Assembly: GCA_047967505.1 (NCBI GenBank) | Contig: CM106538.1 | Origin: Dipteris shenzhenensis | Lineage: Eukaryota | DNA length: 64,000 nucleotides | Reading direction: 5' to 3' (one strand) | Shown here: positions 36,458 through 49,599 of the stretch, in pieces | Position numbering within the stretch: the stretch's first letter is position 1 | How the letters are laid out: every line of letters starts with the position of its first letter | The notes under the pieces: model-generated | What the model saw: only the letters and a program-made list of their open reading frames with translations | The model's database searches: none | What the model was told of the DNA's origin: nothing | Made by a program: the position numbers and the translations under genes

Positions 36458-39400
36458 ATGTCGACTAGCAACCTCAATCTGGAGGCATCTGCTAAGTTAG
36501 ACAACTCCAATTACGGTACATGGAAATACCGAATGGAGACCATTCTTGTGCTTCAGGACAAATGGGAGTATGTCGATGGATCTATACCTAGACCATTGGC
36601 CGATCCAGCCACCAGTAGCTCTACTCCATCTGTTGTCACAGCACCAGCAACAGGATCTACATTGGGATCTACATCTACACAAACAGTTTCCGCACCAGTA
36701 GCAGATCCTGCCATTGCCCGAGCTCAAGCAGAATGGGATAAGAAAGACAAGTATGCCTATCACCTGATCAAGCAGAATGTGCAAGATGTCATGCTAGCAC
36801 AGCTCAACACAGTCAAGACATCCAAAGAAGCATGGGATATGTTCGCAGCTCTCTACGAGTCCAAGAACACATCCAGGATTCTCACCTTGAGAAACCAGAT
36901 CAACCAGAGTTTCCGCAACAGCAGTGAAACCGGTCATGCTTATGTACTCCGCATCAAAGACTACAACAATCAACTTGCAGCAGCAGGAGAGACTATGAAT
37001 CCCGCAGAAATGGTTCAAGTAATCCTGAATGGACTAGGAGAAGGATATGAGAATCTGGTCCAGAGTATTGCCATCCAACGGCAAATTCCAACACTTGAAG
37101 AACTTCAGTCAGTTCTACTTGGTGAAGAACTCAGGACTCAGGCCATTCAAGCACGTAAAGGTCATTCTAATGATCAGGCATTCACAGCTTCAGACAGAAG
37201 CAGAGGTAAAGGCAGAAACAGAGGTAGATCATATCAGAAAAGTGGTCAAAATCAAAGTCAGAATCAGCATCAGCATCAGCAGCATCCTCAGCAACATCAA
37301 AATCAGCAAAGAGGAAATCATTCCAACAGAGGAAGATTCCAAGGACGAGGGAATGCATCCACCAATGTGTCAAACATTCAATGCAACTATTGTCACAAGT
37401 TTGGACACTATGAAAGAGATTGCCGCAAGAAGCAGTATGACCAAAGCGGTCAATCCAGCAGTAATCGAGGGAATTCTCGAGGAAGAGGAAATCATCGTGG
37501 TGGACATTCTAGTCACAGTCATTTTGCAAATGAACATGGGAATATGTTTCTTGCAAGTGAGGAATTGCATCAGACTGATACAATAATGCACCCAGACACT
37601 GATTTCAATCCCAAAGAGGATTTCAGCTATCAAGTCGACCAAGTGGAACAGGATCCTTGGTACATCGACAGCGGTGCATCATCTCATATGACAAATCATC
37701 AGGAATGGTTCACAGAAATGAAGCCATTAGAAGGTCAAAAGAATGTCATCTATACAGCAGACAATACACCGAATCCGGTTCAAGGGACAGGTGTTATCCC
37801 TATGAATAATTTCACTGGTACAAAAGGATTAGTCAAAGATGTGCTCTATGTTCCGAAGCTCAGCAAGAACCTCTTGTCAGTAGGTCAAATGACGGAACAC
37901 AACTACAAAGTCATCTTCGACGGTGATGAATGCACTATCAGAGACAAATCCAAAAGAGGTCAGCTAGTAGCAAAAGGTGTCAAGGAAGGACGCTTGTACA
38001 GGATGCTAGCTACAGTACCAGATAAACATGCCATGTCAGCTCAAATGCAACAGATGCCACTATCTGCAAAATGGCACAAGAGATATGGTCATGTCAACTT
38101 CAAGTACTTGTTAGATCTAAGGAATCAAAATATGGCAATTGGGATTCCGAAGCTACAGTTTCTTGGAAAGGTTTGTGAAGCATGCTTCTTCGGCAAACAA
38201 AAGCGAACCAACTTTGTCAGAAGTACCTCTCGTGCACGAGGTATTCTTGATTTAATTCATACAGATGTATGGGGTTATGCCCAGACCCGCAGCATCAATG
38301 GTTCACTTTATTACTTGACCTTCATCGACGACTACAGCAGATATTGTTGGGTCTACTTTCTGAAAGAAAAATCTGAAGTGTTTGTCAGATTTCAAGAATT
38401 TAAAGCCATGGTAGAGAACCAAACAGGCAGAAAGATCAAGGTCATGAGATCAGACAGAGGAGGTGAATACATGTCTTCAGCCTTCATGAACTTTTGCAAA
38501 ACTCACGGCATTCGAAGACAATTCACATGTGCAGATACTCCTCAGCAAAATGCAATAGCTGAAAGGAAGAATGGGACTTTAGCAGACAGTGCTAGAGCAA
38601 TGCTTAGTGAAAAGCATCTTCCGAATCAGTATTGGGCAGAAGCAATAGCTACAGCTAACTACTTGCTTAATCGGCTTCCTACCGAACCGATACAAGGAAT
38701 GACTCCTTATGAAGCATTCACTGGACACAAGCCACGCATTGGGCATCTCCGCATATTTGGTTGCATAGCATATGCCCACATACATGATGATCATCGCAGG
38801 AAATTGGATGCGAAGTCACGCAAATGCATCATGGTTGGCTACAGTGATGAGAGTAAAGCATACAAATTGTATGATCCCATCAACCGCAAAGTCATTATCT
38901 CCAGAGATGTAATCTTCGATGAGGAATCAGAATGGAAAACCTCACCTACACAGGAGATAGAAGCATCGACTTCACAGTCATCTACAGAACAGGTTGATGA
39001 AGAAGAGCAAGAATTGCCAGCAACACCCCAATCAGCGTCACAGCAGCTCAGACGGTCTACTAGGGAAAGCAGACCACCAGCCAGATTGACATATGCTCAG
39101 AAAGGCAAAGCAATTCAGGTGGAAACCACCAACTATGCTCTTATGACTACCATCATGGCTACAGAAGAGCCAGTGTACTTCGAAGACGCAGTAGATAAGC
39201 CAGAATGGCAAACTGCAATGAATGAAGAAATGGATGCTTTGTATAAAAATAACACTTGGGAATTATGCGCCCTTCCACCAGGAAAGAAGGCCATAGCCAA
39301 CAAATGGGTATACAAAGTCAAGTACAATCCAGATGGCAGTATTCAGAGATACAAAGCCAGATTAGTTGCAAAAGGATTTGCACAACAATATGGTCAAGAT

Positions 39401-40720
39401 TATGATGAGACTTATGCTCCAGTAGCAAAGATGGATTCCATACGGTTCTTGATATCACTAGCGACACTCAGTAAATGGAATGTGTATCAGCTCGATGTCA
39501 AGAATGCATTTCTCAATGGTTATCTAGACGAGGAAGTCTACATGCAACAACCAGCCGGTTATATTGAACCAGGAAAAGAGAACAAGGTTTGCCATCTCAA
39601 GAAAAGTCTCTACGGCTTAAAGCAAGCACCCAGAAGTTGGTACAGCAGAATTGACAAATATTTTGCTGATCTGGGATACATGAAGTCAAATGCAGATCAT
39701 ACTCTCTACTACAAAGTTCAAGGGGAGGATATTACTATTGCACTTTTGTACGTAGATGATCTGATTGTGACAGGAAGCAAGGATAGCTTCATCAGAAAGC
39801 TAAAACAAGACTTATCTGCAGAGTTCGACATGAAAGATCTTGGACTTATGCACTATTGTCTTGGAATTGAGTTCTAGAGAGATTCAGATAGCACATTCAT
39901 GAGTCAGCTCAAATATGTTGACAGTCTCCTGAAGAAGTTTCATATGGCAGATTGCAAGATTGCAGCCACTCCCATGGAACAGAGTTTGAAACTTACTAAA
40001 GATTCAGAAAAGCCTACAGTCAATGACAGATACTACAGGCAACTCATTGGATCTCTTATATATCTGACAATCACACGGCCAGATATTTGTTATGCAGTAA
40101 GCTCACTAGCACAATTTATGGCAAATCCAAAACAGTCTCACTGGAATGCAGCCAAAAGAGTCTTGAGATACATCAGAGGTACAAGACAATTTGGGATAGA
40201 ATACAGAGGAAGTCATCCACGGTTGCATGGATACTGTGATAGTGACTATGCTGGAGATCATGAGACCAGGAGATCGACACAGGGATATGCATTTTTCCTT
40301 GGTCAAGGTGCTATATCATGGTTGTCAAACAAACAGCCAACTGTTTCTTTGTCTTCGACTGAAGCAGAATATAGAGCACTCACTACAGGTGCATGTGAGG
40401 CTATATGGCTCAGAAGACTATTGTCAGAAACAGATTACTTTGATGAGTCAAAGCCAACAACAATATACTGTGATAATCAATCGGCTCAAGCATTAGCCAA
40501 AAATCCAGTATATCACTCCAGAACAAAGCACATTGATGTCAGAGAGCACTTCATCAGAGAAAGAGTGTTACTTGGTGACATCACACTACTGCAGCATTGT
40601 GATAGCAAAGAAAATGTTGCAGATATCTTTACCAAACCACTCGGTAAAGAGCTATTTGAGAAACACCGACTAGCTCTTGGTTTGATGCAGAGGAAGGACA
40701 TTCCCATTAAAGGGGTGTGA
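36458..40720 (+). CDS. Copia gag-pol polyprotein with one in-frame TAG (39875-39877)
   Basis: The 1139-aa and 273-aa ORFs share a frame. Motifs: CNYCHKFGHYERDC, WYIDSGAS, WHKRYGH, LIHTDV, LYVDDL, RTKHIDVREHF. Confidence 0.95.
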
Positions 40721-41065
40721 TGGAATGTAATGCTCAGTCCTTCTTCGATTCCCCAGAATCATCATCTTGAGGGAAGGCCTACTTCATGATGTTGATCTTG
40801 AGGGAAGGTGTTGAGAGTTCACGCTCAACATCATGTGATCATGTGTGCATAGCACCATCACGTGATCATATGTGCATAGCACTAACCTTATAGAGTGCTA
40901 TAAAGGAAAGGGTTAGCTTCCCTAATCCTAACCCTAAAAGGGTTTGTATATATTCTATTTTTTCAACTAATTCTAGTGTACAGTTAGTCATTTGTGGTGT
41001 GCTCTCTAGCTGTGCCCTCTCTCCTCATCTCCACTCTTCTCCTCTCCCCTCTTCATATTTTGTCA

Positions 41066-42750
41066 GTGGGTGCAATACAAGCATGTCCATTTTGCATCTA
41101 TCACAATAATACAAGCAGTTGAGGGTCTTCAAATCACTAGCTAGATGCCATTCAACTTGAAACATTCCATGCCCATCCACAATTAATGTTTGCCCTGCCT
41201 CTTGTCTTCAAATAATCCACGAGATGATAGTTCTCTCCAAAACCCACTTCAATGTCTCGTGGCACTCCTTTGGGGTCTCAAAGGTTGTAAGCCACCATAT
41301 GTCCTTCTCAGATTGGACTGAGAAACCCTGCTCAACTTCCTCATCCCGTTGAGCAAAACGTAAGGCGTCGTTCATGATACAAATGCTTACCCTCTCTAGC
41401 TGGTGCTCTTTTACCATTTCTCTTACCTTCTTCTCTCATCCCATAGAATTGGACAATGGCTCTCTACAAGTTCTCTACATCCACATAAACATTATTGAAA
41501 GCATTCATCTCAAACGTTTGGATGCCAGATTTCTTTTTACTCTTCCAAGTCATTGCGCCACTTACACAATGGGATCCTCCAAGCTTTTCTCTAGCACATT
41601 GGTTTGTTTCTTGATGTGCAAGCCTTACAGACCACGGTGTTGGCAATGGCATTGTAGATATCTTATACTTTTCCTCCATAGCAGACTTGAAAATTTTAAA
41701 AATAGAGTTGTAAGCTTCATGAATTACACCAATAGCATTACAAGCTCCAAGCATCTCCTTTGCTTCTAGCAACTTGTTTACATAGCCCTTTTTGTCTAGG
41801 GTCCTTCAACACTTCCATGACATCACTTGGCTTTATTAAACTTCTTAGAACATATGAAGAATCACTATCATCCATTTCCATTGTTCCCATCACATCCTCC
41901 ATGAAATTCCTAAAGTAGAGTACAAATGAGTCTTAGTGGAAAGAATGCAACACCACAAATATTTTGGGGTAAGAAATTTCATTGAAAATTTGGGGAACTA
42001 ACCTTGCAGCTTGTATTCTCATCTTTCGGGCACCACTAATGGTTGACAATACATCCATAGATTGCAATTGTCTTTTCCTCTCCTTTAGTCCCAAAGGTGT
42101 TCCCTTCAACTTTTGTACTCGTTCTATCGAGTTCTCTTGTTCCTTCTCCACAGCACGTTGAACTTGGCCATAGATAGACCTTTCCAAATCTTGTTTTCAG
42201 CAAGCTTCTGGATTGATTCTTCCAATTCATGTCGCTCCAAGTCTAGCGCATGTGCTTTGTCACTGAGTTCTTTGTTTTGCAATTGGAGATCTTGCATACT
42301 ATTATGCATTGCCACAATAGTAATATTACCCAAATGTGCAAGTTCTTCTGCTTGGGCTCTCTGCACCTCGCTTGCTTGCATAGCCAATGTCTGAGAATGG
42401 TTCAATTGATTGCAATAACCAAGCAATCCAGCATATCCCTTGCCAAAAAACCGAACAACATCATGCACTGTCTGAAAAGGAGGACTCTTTTGGGTGGCAG
42501 GGTCTAAAGGATACAAGATTCCATCCACCCAAAGGTCAAGATGCTTCTTGCCTTGCAATCGAAGACTATGGAGCACACTTTGAGGAGTTCTACTATATCC
42601 CAAAGAGCGTGTGCTAGCATATTCTGCCTCTAGTTGTAGGTTCACATGATACTTGTTGGATATATCCTCAAATGGTGCCATGAGTACTCAAAGAGAGGTA
42701 TCAGTGATGCTGGCTAAAATGTAGGGGAGAGCTGGAAAAGATGGAGCCAT
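41066..42750 (-). pseudogene. RAG1/Transib-like DDE transposase, 5' part
   Basis: ATG at 42750 or 42681; coiled-coil region; intron 42002-41910. Then AYNSIFKIFK...PLPTPWSVR, QSEKDIWWLTTFETPKECHETLKWVL, WHLASDLKTL and CLYC. The frame joins the 3' part across the copia TSD. Confidence 0.8.
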
Positions 42751-43200
42751 GAGAGGGAGAGAGTAGCAAGGAAGAGGGAGGAGGAGAAGAAGATGAGGGC
42801 AAGAGGAAGAGGAGGAGAAGAGTAGGGCGACATGTGTAGAAGGGAGGGAAGGAGCTGCTATAGAAGGGAGGAGGAGGGGAGAGATGCTATAGGAGGGAGG
42901 AGGAGGGGAGAGATTCTACAGGAGGGAGGAGTAGAGGAGAGGGATCCTAGGTGGCTAGAGAAGGAGGGGAGAGGGAGGGAGGAGGAGCCAGAAGGAGAAG
43001 GAGAGCCAGAAGGAGGAGGAGGAGGGGAGATGGAGGGGGGAGGAGGAGGAGCAAGACGGAGGAGGGGAGAGGAGGAGGGAGGGGGAGGGAGGGAGAGGGA
43101 GAGGGAGAGGCAGGAGGAGGAGGGAGGGAGGGAGGGAGGGAGGGAGGGAGGGAGAGAAAGGAAGGGAGGGACAGAGAGAGAGAGGGAGGGAGGGAGGGAG
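42751..43200. repeat. GA-rich low-complexity tract upstream of the transposase
   Basis: GGAG/GGGA runs. Confidence 0.9.
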
Positions 43201-43440
43201 ATTCGAAATTTGAAATTCAAATTTCAAAAAGTGACCCCCTCCCCTCATTGATGAGGGGAGAGGTGGGCTCAAATGTGGGCTTAACCCACCTAGGTTGGGC
43301 TGGTTAGGCCTCTTTGGGACCCTTCAAGCCCCTTGCATTAGCCCACTAAGCATTCCCTAATTCATTCCTTATGAGGCCCTTTTGAGACCCCAATTCTCCC
43401 CTAATGTATTTTGATTTGTTCGTGTATGTGTTATATGCAG

Positions 43441-43780
43441 GTCCACATGATGCATGTAATGGTGTACGTTTGCCAAGGTAAGGAGCATAGGGCCACCCCC
43501 TTGGATGACTTCGTGGAGGATGGGATTAGCAGCACAGAATGGGTGTGCAATGCGAATGATATCCCTGTGCGAGTTATTGCTTTAGCAATTATGTATTAGC
43601 TTTGGCAAAGTTTGAAATACAAGTTGGGCTTGCATTGATTTTTAGTGTTATGGTAGGTGGCATGCAACATGGACAATTTTTTTGGATGAGGTTGCTGTAG
43701 GAATGCTCAGAAGATGGAGACACACTCCTTGATTGAATGTAGGGTGCAGAGACTTAGCCGAACCTGCAGAGACTTAGACT
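43441..43780 (+). pseudogene. Beta-class DNA amino-methyltransferase-like pseudogene, copy 2, 3' part
   Basis: Acceptor TGCAG at 43440, then VHMMHVMVYV...IPVR. After a second acceptor at 43656 the frame reads GGMQHGQFFWMRLL*ECSEDGDTLLD*M*GA, then DLA..CRDL after frameshifts. This parallels copy 1. Confidence 0.55.
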
Positions 43781-46700
43781 TAGGGTGCAAGAGGGGTGGA
43801 TAGTCTTGTGCCTCACCCACAAAGGGAGGGGAACCATGATTTTTAAGAGGCAGAGTATGGATTCGAGTTTGACATCTCCATGAATGTTTGTTGAAATTCA
43901 ACTACATACAATTTGGTTTTTCCTTTATACAATATTGCACTTTTGTAATCTCATCGAGGTTGAACACTTGCCTCCACCTTTGAGAGTTGGTGATTTTTTA
44001 TTTGAATGGGGGCTTACTTCATAGGAGGCTAAGGACTCAGGGTACCTTGTCGGCCAAGGCATTAGAGCTAGAGAACCACTTGGTCTTGTTAAGACCTAGT
44101 GGCCAAGTTCCTCCATGAGGTGAGGAGGCAGTTTGATGTGGCTATTTGGAGCTCGGTACAACATGACAATCTATAGAGATTATTGGTCCTGCTAAAGGGA
44201 GAATGTCACCAAGCGACTGGCTATCACGTCCTTGATCTTTGTGTTTGAGTATAGCTAGGATAGATGTACGACACAGGCCACAGATGTAGGAAGAGGACAG
44301 GGGCATGCGAATCCTAAGTTTGGGAAGCACTTGGCCGACATCAATCGGCAACACTTTGACCCTTCGGCAATGTTGCTTGTGGATGGTAAGGATGTTTTTA
44401 TCAAAGCTATGCTTATATATATATTAATATAAAATCTTGGCAAAAGTTCTCAAGCTCATTTTTCAAGTTTCACAATATTGGTAGAATGTGGTACTCTTTT
44501 TTATATTTTATTTTGAATTTTGAATGAAAAAGTGTAAATCCTGGTGAAACTTTAAAATTTCTTGCATAAAAGTTTCAAATCTTGGCGAATATTTCAAACA
44601 TTTATTTTTATTAAGGCATACAAACTTCTGACGCCAATATAAAAGTTTAGCCTCTCAACGAAACTAACTTGAAAAAATCATCTATGGTGGATGACAATGT
44701 GAAAAAATAAGCATTATGAGAGGAGGAGCAATGCTTCTAGACATCTATTTTGCCTATGCCTCTTTGCATGACATCTCCTCTAGCAATGATTTTTATCACC
44801 AATTGTTGTGTTTGCAGTTCTATGTCTTATTTCTAGTCGGGGATAGGCCAAGTGGGGCATATTCTGGGGGGATGCACTACTAATAAACCCTACATATCAC
44901 GTGCATTCAAGGGGTATTTAAAAATCCCTCAACTAAAATTTCCCCCCTAATAAAACCACCCCTCTTTATTCATGGACTATGGAATTTTTAAAAATTTTGG
45001 ATTAAAAAACTCTCCTATAGTTGTAATCTTAGAGTAATCTTGTTAAATTTTTCCTAATTATCGAGTTAGAATACCCCTCCTCTTGAATGCACATGGTACA
45101 CTAAATTGTTTTGAGGTAAACCCCTCGAGGGCATATTATGGAGAAGGATAAGACTTCATAAAAGGATAATTTTGAAGTGAAAACTATGGACAACTCTACA
45201 AATGCATTCAAACTGAAGGTGGAAAGAACTCTCCAAAAGCAATAATCTCTCAACTACATTGTTAGATTGATCATAAATTTGTCTCTTTCTCCTGTCGTTC
45301 ATAAATATGGTTTGGTGGATAAGTTATGTTCTTATATGTTTTGGCATATAAGTCAATCCTAAACCAAGGAAAATCTATTTCCTTCACTCTAAAACTAACC
45401 TAAAATTTGAACTAGACTAATTTAACTACTTCAAAACACATGAATTTCAACTACTGGGCTGGTCATTAATTATTTTTGTTCTGAAATATATTTTTGTTTT
45501 TAATTTCTATAAGTAGATGCTAATAAAAGTCAGACTAGGACAATCACAATAACATCAATTAAATTATATTTGCTACTGTTAAAACCACCTGGCAAGTTTT
45601 GAATTATCACAATCCAAGTCATCCCATGTATGACCCGAAACAACCTAGAAACTAAACTATTAAACTAATTTAAGTACTTGGAAACACAAAAATTTCAACT
45701 ATTGGGCTGGTCATCAATTATTTCAATTTCCACATGCTAGAATTTAACAGGTGGTACATGCAGACTTGTAATAATCATGGAGCTGAGAGCTCAAAATTTA
45801 AACTAAGCCAATTTGACTACTCGTAAACTAAACTAGAACACAACACCACTGGGTTGCCACCATGTTAACATTCAATAGGCACAAGACATGGAGACTTATA
45901 ATATTGATGGAGCAGAGAGCTTAAAAATAAACTAAACTAATTTAACTACTCGTAAACTAAACTAATTAAACTACTTGGAAAAACAACACCATTGGATTGG
46001 TCATCAATTGCCACCATGCTAGCATTCAATAGGCTAAACATGGGGACTTATAATAATGATGGAGTGGAGAGAAAAATGTTGGTGTGGTAAGGATTAAGTG
46101 GTAGACAGAGACCTTGTGAAAATGAAGTGCCGTGTTGGAAAATTTTCTTATGATGCCTCTTATGAAGTAACCAGGCAGCTAATTGGCTGGTAATTTGATC
46201 AAAATACCTTAACTAGAAGGACGGCAAACTCGTCGAGGTGGATTAGTGGGTATTAATTATTGAAGTGCCATGTAGGCTCATCAACTTCACATTTCTCCAC
46301 CCTTGTCTCCCACCCTCATCTCCACTACCTTTGTCGACTTCATACTAATCTACCCTCATCAAATTCACACAACTCCACCCTTGTCTCTTGCTCCATTGTC
46401 TCCAACCCTCATCTCCACCTAAGTTGCATTAATTTGAGTGTTTTTTTTAATTTGAAAAAAATGCTAAAATACGCATTTTTTACGATTTAAAACGTTTCAA
46501 ACTTTTTTTGCTATTTTATTCATACACATAGGTTATTCATACAAATAACTCAGTTTATTCATACGAATAAACATAGTATAAACTTGCAGCCACCACTGCT
46601 ATTTTTGGTATTCAAATAAATACATCCACCTACCTTCCTTGCCACCTCAGCCACTTGCTTGCCAGCCCTACTCCCTCTTGCTTGCCTACTTGCTACCTCC

Positions 46701-46809
46701 AGCTTGCTTCCATACCTACCACCTCTCTTCATAGGTATCTTACTACACCCTTGCATGTGTTGCAGTCTTTTGTTAGTAATTAATGTTTCTTTTGCTTTGT
46801 TTTGTTTAG

Positions 46810-47505
46810 GACTAGCACTCATCTCTCTTAGGAGAGTTGTGTCTTGCAATCTTTTTAAATTATACAATATTTATTTTATATTGTATTTAAGTGTGTAGAC
46901 AAGCTGGCACTTGTCTCTCTTGCGAGAGTTGTGTGTGTTGCAGTCTGTTTTTGTTGTGTGTTGTAATTTCAATTATAATATAAATAATTATTTTTTACTT
47001 GAGGCTGGCACTCATCTCTCTTAAGAGACTTGTGTGTTGTAGTCTCAGTTTGTATAAAAATGTTTGTTTGTAGGGACTCTTGGGTTGGCACTCATCTCTC
47101 TTAAGAGAGTTGTGTGTTGTAGTCCAAGCTTAGTGATGTTTTCATAGATGCTTATTCTAGCACTCATCTCTCCCTTGAGAGTTGTGTGTCATAGTCTAAG
47201 TTTAGAGATGTTTTTAAGCACTTAGTCTAGCACTCAACTGTCCCTTGATAGTTGTGTGTTGTAGTCTAAGTTAGATATCATGCGACATGCTCTTAGACAC
47301 TTAGTCTGGCACTCAACTATCCTTTGATAGTTGTGTGTTGCAGTCTAAGTTAGATATCCTACGATGTGCTCTTAGACACTTAGTCTGGCACTCAACTAGA
47401 TTCCCTTGATAGTTGTGTGTTGCAATTTAAGTTAAATATCATGTGATGTGCTCTTAGACACTTAGTCTAGCACTCAACTATCCCTTGATAGTTGTGTGTT
47501 GCAAT
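46810..47505. repeat. Array of ~9 hairpin-forming units (GCACTCAACTATCCCTTGATAGTTGTGTG-like) in the left arm of the hAT
   Basis: Units at ~46812, 46904, 47005, 47085, 47157, 47227, 47306, 47386 and 47467. Confidence 0.85.
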
Positions 47506-49599
47506 TGAAGCCTAGTGTTACATGGTAAAGTCCACGATTATGTTATACCCAGGTCATTTTTGTGTAGGTTACATGCTTATTTTTTGTGTTTTGATTTTCT
47601 ATAGTCTGTTACATGATGTGAGCTTGAGTTGGGAGGCTATATCTAGGTAATTTCTTAGAATGCTTGCATTGTTAATTGTTATGTCTTAGTGAGTTTCTTA
47701 TTACACCTGGCACTGAATTCTTTGTTGCAGCTTAGTGCATATGAGATGGCTTGCATAGGTGAGAAGAGGAAGTGTCAGCAACCTGATCTCACTAAGATTC
47801 AGAGGAAGGTGCTGAAAAATGAGAATGTAAACTCCTTAATGAATGTCAATCATGATGCGACAAATTTTTTTTAAATATTATTTCTATAGGTTTAATATTG
47901 TTTAATTGTTTAATATTGTTTGTGGTTACAAATTAATTCTATCTTATTGTCACTTTTTAGGTTAAGTATGAGCATGGAGGGAGAGAACTTAGAGAACATT
48001 CTCCCACACGATCCTTCCCCAACTAGAGCAACTTCCACTTCAAGAGGGCCCACAAGGTGTTTTTCTACCTCAAGAGGCTAATTAAGTAGACCAGCTAAAT
48101 CACACCGAGGCTCAAGCTATCTTATAGGCACAAAGAGAGATGCTGGGCAAACTTGAGGGGCTAGGTATTTTTGTTGCTGGTTTAGTGGATGATGATACCA
48201 TATAAGGCGACCCACTCTCTCTTCGACAAGTACAGAGACTATGTCCATCAAAGTTCGTAAGAAACACCTTGTTTCTTCGTTCAAGAAATGCTAGGAATAA
48301 ATATGCATAGCCCAAGTTGTCAGACTTGCAGCACAAAAACCTAGCCCACATCCTTCTCCAGCAATTCATATAGGTGGAAGAGAGCATCCCCAACAACCAG
48401 CAAATACCCATGTATTTCATTCAACAGGTGTATGTCTACAATGTCTTGCATCGACGTGTGGATTGGAATGACAAGCATCACTTGTCAAGAATAGGAAAGG
48501 GACGTCCTGCAGAGTGCAAGTGAGCAAGGATAGAGAATAGAGAGCCCGTGTCTTAGAGACCTCATGTGCTAACTCCCCAGGCACATAGTGATCTTGTTGA
48601 CTTGGCCACATGTGCCATACCTCTCTATCAACAAGGTGTTACTCTGCTGAGGAGTTACAAGATCGTGTTGCATCACAAGCCAAAGGGATCGAGAACTTGC
48701 AAGCATGCGTATAGACATTCAAGACTGATCTAACACGCTACAAACATACCTTTGGAGATTTGGATGCAACTGAGGATACCGTCATTTTTTATTTGAAGGA
48801 CCTCACTAATATACATTTGTAGGGTACAGGACCAAGCACTCAGGGAATAGCAAATGTGGATCCTATTGCATAATTATGTACATTGTAAACTTCATATATA
48901 GCTTTGTAATACTCTTCTTCAAATATAATGATCTGGGTTAAGTGCATTTGTTTCATTGTACAATTTTATCATCCTCCAACTTTTTATGCAATGATGGTTC
49001 GAGTGATATAAGTGATCTAAGTGGTTGAAGTGGACTAAGTGATATAAGCGATTTAAGTGATTTAAGTAACTTAAGTGACTTAAGTGGACTAAGTGATTGA
49101 AGTGATTTAAGTGAAGTAAGTGGCATAAATGATTTAAGTGGACTCAGTGGATTAGGTGGACTTGTAAAGTTAATGCAAAAATATTGAAATATATCGATGT
49201 GAATTAGTGCACATGGTAGCTAGATCAACCCTTGAGACTTGAAAATATAAACTTAGATTTTGCATATTCGATTATTTTTTCCAACTTTTCGATGTTGCCT
49301 TGAAAGTATTTGCAAATCACAAGGTTGGCTCTAGCTATTATGTATACCAAAATCATCCACAATCTCAATAGTTACAACACAACATCGCTTGTAGCCCACA
49401 TGGTTCTAGCTTTCAAGTACAAAAGAAGACGAGATGGATACGAGCATATGCGCTCTTCCATCGCTTGAAATATTCTCCCATCTATCCCGTCGCATACAAC
49501 ATTATATCCGATATAATTTAAGCTTCATCCACTACTTCTATCACCTATCATATTGTTCTATCACTCTATATTGTATTCAACATAAGTACAATATCGTCT

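Larger units (their letters stand above)
33745..41065 (+). mobile_element. Young full-length Ty1/copia LTR retrotransposon
   Basis: 257-bp LTRs at 33745-34001 and 40809-41065, identical by eye. TSD GTGGG (33740-33744, 41066-41070), PBS 34002-34013, PPT GAGGGAAGG before 40809. Confidence 0.98.
29864..43408 (-). mobile_element. RAG1/Transib-like TIR DNA transposon (~6.2 kb without the nested copia)
   Basis: 34-bp TIRs at 29864-29897 (CACATTAGGGGAGAATTGGGGTCTCCAAAGGGCC) and 43375-43408 (32/34 match) enclose a RAG1-like transposase and convergent ORFs. No TSD found. Confidence 0.85.

Noticed and set aside
39875-39877. Programmed stop-codon read-through
   Set aside because: The stop lies inside RT at a position that is normally Trp, not at a gag-pol or pol-env boundary; a point mutation is simpler.
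42832-43307. G/E/R-rich and P/S/L-rich ORFs
   Set aside because: Artefacts of a GA-rich low-complexity tract.
29864-43408. Classification as CACTA/En-Spm, and presence of a TSD
   Set aside because: The ends read CACAT, not CACTA/G, and no Tnp2-like motifs were seen. The flanks (TTACA and TTTTG) do not match, so no TSD is claimed.
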